64,000 bases of DNA from Amphiscolops sp. MND2022 (taxonomy: Eukaryota), in the NCBI GenBank assembly GCA_964187785.1, contig OZ076413.1:49788001-49852000 (forward strand). The letters run 5' to 3'. Both the position numbers and the translations under genes were made by a program. This document shows, piece after piece, positions 1 through 12,030 of the stretch; the stretch's first letter is position 1; every line of letters starts with the position of its first letter. The notes under the pieces were generated by a model. That model did no database searches, was not told the origin of the DNA, and saw only the letters and a program-made list of their open reading frames with translations.

Positions 1-626
1 TCTTGAAACACAAAACCTGATCCTTCTAATTGTTCATCATCTAATTTCTGCATTAATGTGTTATGAGTATCTTGTTGTGTATGATTATATATTAGATCTG
101 ATTTTATCCATCTTCAAAATACTTCTTCTTCTCCATTGATTATTTTTGAAAATTTAGCTAGATACCTCAATTGATATTTATATCGGGGAAAATAATTTTT
201 ACTAAGTAATTCATTTATATGATCTTCGAGATTACTAGTTGGATTTATTTTAAGTTTAATGTATGTGTTTTCATTCACAATTATATTTACTCCATTACCG
301 GAGGGCAGCAAAGCTGTACCGAAATATGTAATACAGCTTCGCTGGCTTTGCATACCGTACTGTTGACGGTTTTGTAAATGAATTTCACTTTGGAAATGTC
401 TTGTTGTATCAGATATATATTTACTACAATCTTCACACCATATTTTATTGATGCGGTTTTTATGTTCATCTGAATTTAAATGAGAACTTTTATCTGAGAT
501 AGGCATATAAAAATTACATTTTTTACAATAATATTGATTTAATTTTTCAAGATGTTCTACTGATTTTAGATGATCAGACTTGAAAGCTTTTTTATAATTT
601 AAATTACAAATACTACAATTCTCCAT
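1..626 (-). pseudogene. N-terminal part of protein-primed DNA polymerase B (zinc fingers and terminal-protein region)
   Basis: MENCSICNLNYKKAFKSDHLKS aligns with MENCSICKSDYKKAYKSDHLKS at 18583. There is an in-frame TGA at 114-116, after which the frame continues RWIKSD...DDEQLEGSGFVFQ, matching 19081-19205. Confidence 0.88.
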
Positions 627-795
627 TTCTATTTATTAAAGAAAAAATAGTTTAATTAAAAATTTTTCAATTATATTTTTTCAAAAAATTGGTGAAAAAT
701 ATTTTAATTTTGTGGTGGTAAGGTATTAAAATTTGCCACATATTTGAATGATAAATATTTCATTTAGGAAAATTTTTATAATCTGTTTTCAGAAA

Positions 796-1335
796 CTCAA
801 GACCTTTCCAATGATGTATCACGCATGGCAATATCTTAAACTTTTATAATCTCTACATGTTTAAGGGTTTCAGGTTTGAGATGGTATAGTTTCAGTTGTG
901 GGTACCCAATCATGAAAATATTCAAAATCTGTGATCTCCAACTCAAGACCTTTCCAATGATGTATCATACACTGTGATGTGTTGAACTTTTATAATCTCT
1001 ACATGTTTAAGGGTTTCAGGTATGAGATGGTATAGTTTCAGCTGAAGATGTCCGATCATGGAGATAATCACCATCTATGATTTCTTTTTTATGACCTTTC
1101 CAATGATGTATCATACACTGTGATATGTTGAACTTTTATAATCTCTACATGTTTAAGGGTTTCAGGTTTTTCAAAGTTTCAGATGGTATAGTTTCAGTCT
1201 AGGTTTTTAAATTGTATCTAGATAGATAACCCTTGTCAAGACCTTTTCAATGGTATATTATACTTTGTTGTAACTCAAATATTCGTTGAGTTATGGCTTT
1301 TTTCCTGATCTATTAGTAATCTCTACATGTTTAAG
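796..1335. repeat. Tandem repeat, about 4 units of about 147 bp
   Basis: GACCTTTCCAATGATGTATCA...TTTTATAATCTCTACATGTTTAAGGGTTTCAGG...GATGGTATAGTTTCAG recurs at about 796, 943, 1093 and 1236. Confidence 0.85.
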
Positions 1336-2220
1336 AGTGAAAGTCCGAATGGAAAAAGTCTCTTTGCCAGTTTCATTTCTTCGGCCATGCTGTTTGCTGT
1401 GACTGTAGAGAGAAAAGTGAAAAATGAAATTTTGGTGCATTCCGAATGCACCTCAAGGTCAGACGACCGTCTGGTGCGTGAAATTTTGTTTGAAATTTAT
1501 ATGGTGGTAATTTTTCCAACAGTTGTGGTGTCCACTTGTGCGCATCCGTGAATTTATCTATAATGAAAAATGAGTTCATCAATTTTTATATGTAATTTTT
1601 TAATGGGTAAAAATGAAGAAAAAAACTCGTTTTCAATTTGGACACTTGTGTTTTCTACTTGAACGCATTCGGTAAGTATTCATTTTTTCTTCACGATGTG
1701 GTAATAATTCTATTATACGTCGATGGAGGTTAGTTCAATTTTGGTTTGTGACAAACGTTTCTTTGGAAAATTTGTGCATCGATTTTTATTTTGTTAAATT
1801 TTTAGTTGTGAAAAAAGGCTAATTTTTAGATGGTTTGATTGGTATTTTGTGAAAAAAGATTAATTTTTTAATGATTTTATGAACTCAAATTTTTCTTGTA
1901 TATTAGGAACGGCTAATTTTTTAGTTGTGAAAAAAGGCTAGTTTTAGATGGTTTGCCTTGAAAAAATGCTCAATTTTGATGATTTTACGAGCTTAAAATT
2001 AATTTTTTTATTTTTTAATAGTGAAAAAACACCAATTTTATCGATTTTTTTTGAAAAAATGCTTAAATTTAGGGTTTTTATATATTAGGAACGGGAATTC
2101 GAGTTAGTGTAAAAGCTTTTTAAGTTTTAAAGTTTCAAGTTTTAAGTTTTAAAGTCTTATGGTCATACCTGCGGGTATTTTTTGACACTCTGAATTTCAA
2201 AAAAAATACTGTAGTGTCCC

Positions 2221-2580
2221 GATTACCAGAAAATACTACACAAGAAAATTCAACACAAGCCAACTCAACACAGAAAACTCAACACATAAAACTCAACACA
2301 TTTTAACCATTTAATAATCGTGATATATTTATTATACATGTATAGTCCTTGTTCGTACTGCTCATAATTTATGCATTTGACACAATTTCTGTGGCTAAGT
2401 CTAAACGGAATTTATACGGATTTAACGATGTTAGATTTCGTGAATTTAACTCAATTGAGGTCCTTACTGATGTGTTGAAATGTGTCGAGTTTTATGTGTT
2501 GAGTTTTCTGTTTTTCACTGTGTTGAATTTTCTGTTTTGAGTTGTCTTGTGTTGAGGTTTCATGCGTTGAGTTTCAAACC
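2221..2580. mobile_element. MITE (AAAACTCAACAC subterminal-repeat family), degenerate copy
   Basis: Same 5' end (GATTACCAGAAAA) and internal sequence as 41184-41750. Inverted arrays of ACTCAACAC / GTGTTGAGT lie at the two ends. Confidence 0.7.
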
Positions 2581-3309
2581 ACTTTGCTCTTTTTGAACCT
2601 TTAACCTGGTTACCAAACGATTATTGAGTAGAATTATCATTGCTCAAAGTAAGGTTTTAGCAATGTGGAACATTATCTCATGCGAGCAAAGTCATGACAC
2701 CACTAAATAGCGGTTTAGTGAATTTGCGAAGCGGAATGATTTTTTTGGACTATTCACCTAGCAGTACTAAATTTGTTAGCGATTTTTCAAGAAAGCACAG
2801 AACGATCGCTCCAGACACAGGGTTTCGAAAAACTGTGGCATACTCGACGAGATTGTGTAAAATCTACAAAAAAGCCAATTGACTTTTGCACGTTTCCTGA
2901 AACCACTGAAAATTCCGTTTATGAAATTCACGTACTATCCAATAACGACCGACATTTTCTTGGTGTTCAATCCTGTTGCCTTCTATTTGAGAAGAAAATA
3001 GTACTCTGTGGTTGTAAATTAACCGAAGGAAGCAACAAAGCTAATCGTCGGTTAGCGATTTAGCTATTGGGAAAACAGCTGTTCGAGCAACCAGTGGTTC
3101 AAAATCGCGATGTAATAACTCTGCGTGGAACTAATTTATGGGTTCAAATTTCTAAAGCAGTTTCTATAATTTTCTAATTGGTTAACCATAGTTGGACCTG
3201 CCCAAAAAACTAAATATTGCATTGAATGAATTTGTTTTTTTACACTTGAAACAAACCAGAGCTTACATGGAGAATTCTCTTTTACTTTTGTAAAGTCCAT
3301 CAAAAGGAG

Positions 3310-3520
3310 CACATGCTAAAGCTAGGACTATGCCTTGATTGTCTGGACAGGAGACCATAGTCTATCTCCAAGCCTAGACATCAGTTTTTTCCCAAACAGT
3401 CTCCTGGGGGCCTCTTCTAACGTCAATGAGACTCCTCATTTTTTAGAGCTCCGCGGTAAAGTGCTGGCACACTTCAAATCCACAAGCACATAAAAACGAT
3501 TCCTAGCGTGCCTGAGCCTT
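3310..3520 (+). repeat. Dispersed repeat family, with other copies at about 4690-4880 (+) and 6800-7020 (-)
   Basis: Shared blocks GGAGACCAT, CTAACGTC..GAGACTCCTC, TTAGAGCTCC and CACAAGCAC occur in three diverged copies. Confidence 0.55.
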
Positions 3521-5363
3521 ATTACACACTCCCGAGGTCCAAAAATGGTAATTAGCTGAAATATTTTATAATTGGGTATAAGTGATGACAATAAAGGATC
3601 GGGCAGATCATACATCTTCAGATACGTGAAAATCAGTAGAAATACATTGAAATACAACAAGGAAACATCGAAATGCAGTCTCAGCCAGTCCATTCAAAAA
3701 TTGCATATTTCTTTGTTGAATTTCCACGTTTCCAGGGCACATCTTCTGGTGCTGTTGCCAAATGGGACGTTTTGCCACACGAGCAGGAACAACGCGGCGT
3801 GTTTCGGGTTTTTCGAGGCGTCACTGTGTAAGGGGTGGGCTCTCTGCGTGTTCTCTCTGTGTGTTCTCGATACGTCTTCTAGACTAACTTTAAGTGCCCG
3901 CTAAGTCATCCATTTTTCTTTTGTGCATTACTTAAAAATTTTGGTAAAATTCCGGCAGGTCTCTGTAAGACACAAGGCTGGTGCACGTTACATTTGTTGT
4001 CTCATTCAAGTTTCTGAAGTTTAATAGTTACTGAAGTTGCTCTCTAGCGAATTGCCGGTTGTATCAATAAGTTCTGAGTTGCATGTAAAAATGAAATTGT
4101 TGGTTTTCAAAACCTGCAAACCTTCATGATTCCAAAATGCAGGTATGGTCAAGTTCTTTCAACTTAAGGCGGCTTGCTTACTCCATTAAAATAAGAAAAG
4201 TTCAGTGAAACAAAGTGATATAAACGTTTTTACAAAACCTTTCCTCGCATTGCTGATGTGATCAAATTGACATCCTAGTTAAGCATGTTTACGTTTGCCG
4301 CATGAACAGAAAACACTTCTAGTGGAACTACTAAGTATTAAGTTCAAAAATTTTCTCAGAATCGAGCAAATCAGTGATTATCTGTCAGGATCTGCCATAG
4401 CAGAAATCTTGCCACAAAATTTTTCTGAAAGCCATGAAAAATCCATCGAAAAACGTTTTGAACTTTCAAATATTCTGGAAAAAATAATTCTTGTTATGGC
4501 ATTTTGAAATTGCCACTCGTTTTAATCAGCATTTAAGTGGACGCTGGACATTAATTTGAGTGACTCTAAGATCTTTCAAACTTTCAAAGACGCGGGCTTC
4601 TGTTATTCGCATCTAAATAAGAAGTTTTGCACTTGATAGCACTTATTGTAACTTACACCTAAAAAGCACGAACCAGAGCTCGGCGAGATTTTAGATTGCT
4701 AGACAGCAGACCTTTGTCCTACTGAAATCTATACATTAGTTCCACCCAAAAACTGTCTCCTAGAGAGACGCTTCATACGTCTAGGAGGCTTCTCATTTTA
4801 GAGACCCGGCAGTTGGCATGCTTCAAGTCCAGGTACATCCCCCAAGCACGCTATTCGGTTCTAAACGTTCCTGAGTTCCATTAAGTTTTGAAAATACGAA
4901 TGGGGAACCTTTCGATTAATTTGCCAATTTGTACAATTGTCGTAGAATTTTGGATTTCGGCATTCGTCAAGAAATTGTGACTTCGACCGAATTGAAAAAT
5001 AAGAAAACAAACAAAACGAAAAGTCATTATGACAATCGTGTTTTATTCCATAAAACGGGCCGAATAAAAATGACGAATTTTTTAAACATTCCAACCTTTT
5101 CGAAATTTCGAACGTTTGCGACGACATATTTGGTGACTGAGGTCAATTTGTAATAGTTTTTCCCTAAATTATTTCGTGTAGGAAAAATTAGCTAACAGAA
5201 ATTCCTCCAAAAAGTTAGAATTCGGCTGTGGGCATTAGTCCACAAATTATCTCAATAATGAAAAAGCAGTATCGATCAATCGCATTCATTTTTCATTATA
5301 AATTATTGTTTTATATGATAACTAGAAACAACTGGACGAAATTCATGAACAAACAACCAGAGC

Positions 5364-5786
5364 TTCTTAGGAGTCGGAAAAAATTTCGACTACTTATGCA
5401 ATCGTGTCGTTTTTTTTCTTCCGACATTTCAATGAAAATTTCAAATTTCTCAAAAGCTGTCCATACGATTTCCATAAACCTTTGCACAGTCATTATACAC
5501 TCAAGGGTGCTCCTGCTTGCGCAATGGCATCAAAATCGTATGACTGGGATGTGAGAAACATAGCCAAAATTAGCCCGAAAATGACCAAAAACGGTCAATT
5601 TTGGACTTTTTCGAATTCCTCAAATACTCTTTTCTGTTTGAAAGTATTTTTATGGAGTCTGTCTACACAGTTATAAGGGCTAACTAAATATGTGCAAATT
5701 CAACAAAATCGTATGACTGGGAGTCCAGCGAGTCAGAAGGAAAAAGACTTAAGCCGACTTCTTTACCGCACATGCGGCTCTGGTTT
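5364..5786 (+). mobile_element. Non-autonomous Helentron-like (HINE) element, family 2
   Basis: 5' TTAGGAGTCGG and 3' CCGACTTCT sub-terminal inverted repeats, then hairpin CCGCACATGCGG and CTCTGGTT. An inverted homolog lies at 57613-58184. Confidence 0.65.
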
Positions 5787-8190
5787 CCCTTTTTCAAATC
5801 TTACTTTTTAATTTTCAATACACTTCAAATCACATTAATTCGTTGACGTCGCATAACTTCATTCAATCAGCTACTAACTCCAAATAACCCAATGACCCAA
5901 ATGACTTAGCGACACTTTTCTACCATTTTTCAACTTCTTCTGAAGCCTATCTTTTTTCAACTTCTGATTCAGTAGCCCATATTCTCTAGCACCGTTTTTA
6001 TTTCACAATTACCTCGTACGGTGTTTACCTGAACGGCACCAGCATTAGAAACGAAATTTTAGTATAGCGTTGGCAAGATCTCTCGGCTTTTCCAAATTTC
6101 TTTTAACGGAAAAATTTCAAATTTCTCAAAGCCACTTCACTCATTAAAACCAGCAACCCTGTACCATTTCACATGAAGGCCTTGTGCAACAAAACCACAA
6201 ATTATTCTGTTGTTACTACAGGATTTCCGCGCTGTACCGGAAAAAGAAACTGAAATTCTGATAGCTGTGGCGCATTATCAGACATGGCAAACGCTCTACA
6301 TGTAACGTCCACCAACCTTGAGACAAAGCCCCTGTCAGAAAATTTTGAAAAAAAAATTGAATTGCGACCTTGTCGACCCGGCACGTACCCCAAAATCAGT
6401 TCAGAGGACGGTGCACGTGCGAAGGAGAGAGAAGCACTCCTAAATGAAAACATCCGGACAGGGTACCCCCAGAAAACCCGGAAAAGCCCTTGAACACACA
6501 GTGTTGTGCCATTTCACAAATAAACATCCAGTAGTCGGAGAGTCTTGAAGACATTCCCAAGAAATGCGGACACACCTGGTTCCCACAAGAAAAGTGCAAT
6601 TTAGTCACGGACTGTTTGCAGACCAAAAACTCGCTAAGACTGTTTCAGATGTTTTCCTTGGCGTAGGTTGTTATTTATTAGCAGTTATTTACAAGTGTAT
6701 GATGAGGTTTGATCCGTTAGATACCTTATATTCATCATATTTCCCCAATATAATCTATTTCAAATAATTGCCTTTTTGGACTTCGAGTGTATGAAGGAAG
6801 TCGCAGGAGCCTTAGGATTCGTTTTTACGTGCTTGTGGGACGTATCCTGCTTTTGAGTGTGCCGTCACGTCGCCTCGGAGCTCTAAGGGAGGAGTCTCCT
6901 CGACGTTAGAAAAGTCACCATAGGAGACCACTTTGGTACAAAAGCTGATGTTAAGCGTTGTAGTACGACCATGGTCTCCTGCCAAGGCAACGTAGGCAAT
7001 ACCATCTTTAGTATGTACGCCTCTTGCTTGACGTTACAACACTTCATTTCTCTGGTATGCGTAGTTGTGGAGATATTATCAATTACAAATTTGTAAAAAC
7101 GCCCCGGTCAATTAAGGCTAATTTATAACAGTTTTGGATAATTCTTGGGTCAAAAGGAAAAAGGTGTCAAACCGGACCTCAGCATACAAAAATCTTACAC
7201 AACTGCATAAAATCGGCTTGAAAATTTTTATTGTACTTGTTTTCTCACTCAGTAATTTATATGTTCTAGGGCGAAACAGTTCTCGAGTAAGCTAGCATGC
7301 TGACTGACTAGAAGATGTGAAAATGAATGGAAAGTAACTTCATCGTGGGCCTTAAGGCAAAATAGAGACATTTGCTCTGTAGTTCGGTTGCATGTGCAAA
7401 GTAGAAGAGGAAATTTCGCTGTTCGGTTCCATGCTGATATCTTTTTCCGTCCTGCATACTAATTACTAGACATTTGATCAGTTTTAGAACCACGTTGGCA
7501 TGTTTGTTATTCACTTTCTAGAATACCCTCATTAAATATGTGAAGTTTTGATGCCTGGCGTCGCAGTAACTCTTTTTTTAGCTGTTGATATCATTGAAAA
7601 GAGGTTTTGTGAAACACTTTCGCCAGTAAAAACTACAGCTTACAGAATTGATCAATTGAATACTGCGTCGAAACAACGAGCATTAGAATTCTACGTCAAT
7701 ATCGTTCAATTTTGTCGCTTTTTTGGTATCTCCATTTTTGGCAACATGTGAAAGAAAGATTATTTTTAAAAACGAATGCTTCGCTTGAGCAAGTAGTCCA
7801 TATGATATAATTTTATCTCACTTTTTTTCGAACAAGACAACGTCTTACCTAAAGTTAAAGGGAAATGATACCTATTTTTGTATGATTAAAAATACATGAA
7901 TGCAATTAGTACATTATATTTTCTTTAAGTTTACCGCCCATTGAATTCTCAAGTGGTTCAAAAAGTTATTAAAATAGTTCAAAATGTATTTCAAATAGTC
8001 CACCTAAAACGTGCAGAAAAAATTGTGGGTACCTGTTGATGTCTTGTGCAGGGACTACTTAATGGACATTTTTTCTGACATAGCAATGAAAAAACTTTCC
8101 AATTATTATGATTACAATTTTCCAAAGAAAGTGGAGCAAGATAAAATTAGACAGCAAAACGATGAATTATTGGACTGATTATAAAATAAA

Positions 8191-8457
8191 TTACAGTTCC
8201 GCAGAATGTGGTCGATCGCTGGCGTGCAGTTTTTTACTCATTTCCACTTTCTTGGTCAGAATTTTTACGTCTTTGAGCAAGTGGTGAGGTGAGCTCTGTG
8301 GTCGGTAGCCTTTGAGCTGGTCTCTCACCAGTTTGGTGATGCGTTGCTCGGTCTCAGCATCAAAATTCACATCGATACTTTGGAAGTAGGCTGTCTTGAA
8401 GTTCTTGCGTATTGTCTCCCTGTTGCGAGCACTGCTTTTCTGGAAACCCAGTTGAAC
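8191..8457 (-). CDS. Terminal coding exon of an unidentified host gene (VQLGFQKSS...PHSAEL*)
   Basis: Acceptor TTATTTGACAG then 88 open codons and TAA. Phase 0 matches the donor at 9217. Confidence 0.65.
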   Translation of the reverse strand, partial: VQLGFQKSSARNRETIRKNFKTAYFQSIDVNFDAETEQRITKLVRDQLKGYRPQSSPHHLLKDVKILTKKVEMSKKLHASDRPHSAEL

Positions 8458-8643
8458 CTGTCAAATAAGAACTTGAATGTAATGTTGAAAGATTTTTAAG
8501 GAAATAACAATTGGTAATATAAATAATATAAAGTTGTACCCATGTATGTGCTTCTTCTCTTCTTGATTCTCAACAACTCCCATCATTCTCAAGAGTTGAA
8601 AAGCATTGAAAAATTCATATCACTCCAAAGTTGTGGCAAGCTA

Positions 8644-9081
8644 TTTTTAGTAGGCGTTTTTATTTAAAAAAGTGACCGACTCTTGCTATGACTAGCTTCT
8701 CTTTTGTTTTCTGGACACCGCAAAGCTCAAATCAAATGGTCCTTTTTTCACAAACGAGTAATTTCGTACCCAAAAAAGCCAAAGGGCCCGCATTAAGTAT
8801 TTCGCATTTTTACTTTATCTACAAAACAGTATGAGGCTAAAGAGTCCCACTCTAGGTGTTTTTTCGGCGCTGTGCGTCTTTTCAAAATTTTCTATCGTTT
8901 GTTTGGTCTCTTGATGTTTTCAGGTGAAAAAATTTGAACCCAAAAGGTCTCCCAGTCATTATTTTTCAGCACGAGATTTTTAGCATTATCCATGAAAACA
9001 AGTTTTTATCCTTTCTGATCGACGATGAGTTTCCGGGGTCATAAACCTGACGCCGACTTCATACGTTCTCGTCAATTGTTT
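8644..9081 (+). mobile_element. Helentron-like (HINE) element, family 1, degenerate, inside an intron
   Basis: 5' TTTTTAGTAGGCG; 3' CGCCGACT followed by a degenerate hairpin and TTGTT. Confidence 0.55.
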
Positions 9082-9216
9082 TTGTTAGTATTGAACTCAG
9101 TTTGATTATATTTTATATACCACTCAGTTTAATGGTATTTTCAAACTAAATGTGATAAGAAGTAAAAACCAAACTTGGCAGAGCCGTGTTTTTAGTATTT
9201 GTAAAATAAACCGCAC

Positions 9217-9441
9217 CTGTGAAGCCACTGCGTTTCTGACCAGGTCTCGTACACAGTTGGAAATGATTTCGGTCATTTCCGGAATAAATTCAGGAGAGAA
9301 TCGGTTCTTTTCTTGGAATTGTCTGACGACTTCTTTGATGTCACTGTTCAGGCATCCCACCAACTCCGAGACACAGCCATCGTCAAAAGATAAAAGGAGC
9401 ACTCCGTTGTCTTGGCTGACCACTTGAACTCCTTGCAATAC
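9217..9441 (-). CDS. Internal coding exon of the same host gene (VLQGVQVV...RNAVASQ)
   Basis: Acceptor TTATTTTCCCAG, 75 open codons, donor CAG|GTGCGG. Phase 0 at both ends. Confidence 0.65.
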
Positions 9442-9616
9442 CTGGGAAAATAACGGAAATAATTGAATTTGTGAATTTCCTAGAGTCTGAAGAAATGCGT
9501 GATATTTATGATCTAAAATGATGACTTTCCCATAGAGTAGGACGGGAAATCCATTTATTAATGCTTGAGAATACCAAGGCTGTTCAAACTGAACGCAAAC
9601 GTGAATGGAAAAATAA

Positions 9617-10464
9617 TCCAGCGTACGACATCTTGAATATCTTGCCAAGATCTTAGAAAGATCTTCTTGAGTATCTTGGAAAGATCTTAGGTTTTGTCTT
9701 GACATCTTAAATTTACTGGTAAGATCTTGGATTTCAGCTTGGATATCTTGACAAGATCTTGGATCTTGGAAATCCTGGTAAGATCTTGGATCTTGAATAT
9801 CTTTGCAAGATCTTGGATTTTGTCTTGACATCTTGAACATCTTTATAAGATATTGGATTTTGTTTTGACATCTTGAATATCTTGAGTCCTGTCACGTGTG
9901 TTATATAAATCCACATCAGCAGAGAGCCTCCACCTCAGAGTCGGGACATTTTTCAGTTTCTGAAAGCGTTGCAAATATTTTAGTGATGTTTTCTTGTTCA
10001 GTTTCCTAAACCACCCTTTGGTGTAGTTTGAGATTCAGGTGTCTCTTTCTGAATACAAGTATTGCTATCTCGAAAACTTCCGAGACGAACACTTCTGTTC
10101 CTTATGTTTCTCTTTGTGTTGTTGGGTTTTGACTTGCTGATCTGATCTTTTTGGGACTCGATGGAGGCCACGTTCTCGTCGTGAGTCCTGTCACGTGTGT
10201 TATATCAGCACAGAGCCTCCACCTCCGTATAAGGACATTTTTCAGTTCCTGAAGGCGTTGCTTGCAGAAGAACTACATGTTCGACAAATATATTCTTGGA
10301 ATCTATATTGGATTTCTGGGTAAGATCTTGCAATTCATTTTGGATATCTTGACAAGATCTCGGATTCTATCTTGGATTTCTTCGAAGATCTTCCCAGAAC
10401 TTGCAAGATCTTGGAAGATCTTGGCAAGATTTTGGCAAGATATTCAAGATGGCGATCGCTGGGA
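9617..10464. mobile_element. MITE of the AAGATCTTG-repeat family
   Basis: Inverted ends TCCAGCGTACGACATCTTGAATATCTTGCCAA / TTGGCAAGATATTCAAGATGGCGATCGCTGGGA, with subterminal AAGATCTTG arrays. Related ends occur at 32895-33689 and 47863-48090. Confidence 0.65.
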
Positions 10465-10749
10465 TGCAGTTTTGTCCCTTTCCCCATGTGGATAATTTCT
10501 GCTTACATTTCATTAGTTTTGGATATACTGACATGAAAGATGATTGTGGCTTTTCAAAAAAACTCTTATTTTCGTTTCTGCTTTCATTTCATCCTTCAGT
10601 TGAAGCCATACCGGTATGTATTATGCTCCAGAAAGAAATCTTCACTAATGGTATTCTTCGGAATCAACAACCGGAAATCACTGTCTTTTACATTTCTAGT
10701 ACTTAAGTTGCACTAGAAAAGCGTTGTTTTTCCCACCTCAGAATTTCCA

Positions 10750-11650
10750 TAATTTTTGGCCTCATGCTCCACGATTCTGTGCGATAGGACCCCCAAAACG
10801 TGCACATCATCCTTCGAGCAACATTGTTTTTTTGTGTTTGTGGTTTTCTCCTTTCTCAGTGGGAAGTCAATATTTCTTTACCGACAAATTGCACTTATTT
10901 TCGAAAAAAAATGGGCATGCCATAAATACTTTCAGCTGTCGAGACAAGCTTTGGTGAGTGGACACATGGTTGTTACTTCCATTTTGCCAAGCAATATACC
11001 GAAAAATTCAAAGTTTGGGCACCTTTCAGCAATATAGGAACAGCCCTTTAATGCTGTCCATAGAAGAAATCATGCCGTAGTTCAAGATTAAGTTCCAGAA
11101 TTGCAAACAGCCTTTCTTATTTGGAAACATCCAGTTGTCGCTGAATTTTTTCGCGATGTTTACTATTGAAGAAAATGTTCCGTTGAGTTCCGGAAACTAA
11201 TGACCTAGACGCCAGGAATCATGACTATGTCGGAAGCATGAAAAAAGGAAAGCCGAATATTTTGCTGGCAATCAAAAGATTTCGGCAACGACAAAAAATT
11301 CCAGATAAAATTTTGATGAAAATTGGAAGCTCCAAAAAGAGCGGACTGATTACAGCCTTTGAGAGGACCGTGCACATCGGTATACTCAATACGCGTGCTC
11401 AAGAAAGCATAATATGGCCAAGAAAGAAAACTAAAATCACTTAACAAGAAAATCGTATGAAGGTTCGGTCTAGGATGTGCTGCAAGCTGCACCCCTCGTG
11501 TGAAGTGTCAATGAACGGTTTCCTGATCATTAGAAATCACGAGGAGGGAAATTACGTACTGCATCATGTAAAAAAATTACCGTATGTTAAAAATGGAACA
11601 CGTACACGTTAGAACCTTCCCTCTTCAAAAACTGCACAACCAGAGTTCAA
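10750..11650 (-). pseudogene. Possible highly degenerate non-LTR (LINE) reverse-transcriptase remnant
   Basis: Broken-frame fragments fall in the order expected for RT motifs (IFIKILSGIF resembling FLDISGAF; KGCLQFWNLILN resembling GCPQG..LWNL; VLGV). Weak. Confidence 0.3.
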
Positions 11651-11851
11651 CTGGGTTGATTTTTTTCAAATTCCTACATCCTCTCAGAAAGAGTATTGAG
11701 CTTGTGAGGAGAGCCAAGCTGATCTTTGTGCAGATGTAGTCCAATAAAACGAAAGTGAGTTTCAGGAAAGAGAAATCAGTTCAACTATTGGACCCATTCT
11801 GTCCACGTTTCAAGCAGCCAAAATGGTAATAATAATTGAAACAAGACGCCC

Positions 11852-12030
11852 GCTCAGCACCGGGATACTTTCCGCGACACGCTTATTGCAAAAAAAACGT
11901 ATGGCGTAGGACAGGTTCGAACCCACGACCTACTGGCTGAGAAACAAAAAAAATTCAAGCACCAGCACGGGCTCAAACCTATGACCTCGTGTCTGCCAGG
12001 CAGACGCACTACCCACTGAGCCACGGTGAC
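11852..12030 (-). mobile_element. tRNA-derived SINE (Ala-like head plus a second partial tRNA-like segment)
   Basis: A box TGGCTCAGTGG, B box GGTTTGAGCCC, GGC at the anticodon position with a broken stem. A second B box GGTTCGAACC lies downstream. Confidence 0.65.

Larger units (their letters stand above)
1..2210 (-). mobile_element. Partial Polinton/Maverick-like element (copy A, different subfamily), cut by the window start
   Basis: Carries a pPolB N-terminus clearly homologous to 18583-19210. It is followed by AT-rich repeats and a candidate terminus reading AGTA on the minus strand at 2210. The terminus is tentative. Confidence 0.7.

Noticed and set aside
796..1335. Regularly spaced repeats as a CRISPR array
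   Set aside because: The whole 147-bp units are homologous, there are no unique spacers or cas genes, and the context is eukaryotic.
9620..9916. ORFs with QDPRSCQD repeats (N-terminal part of 9124-9840, and 9734-9916)
   Set aside because: These are translations of the AAGATCTTG MITE repeats. Only 9217-9441 has exon features.
11959..12030. Functional tRNA-Ala gene
   Set aside because: The anticodon and acceptor stems pair poorly, and it is fused to a SINE-like body.
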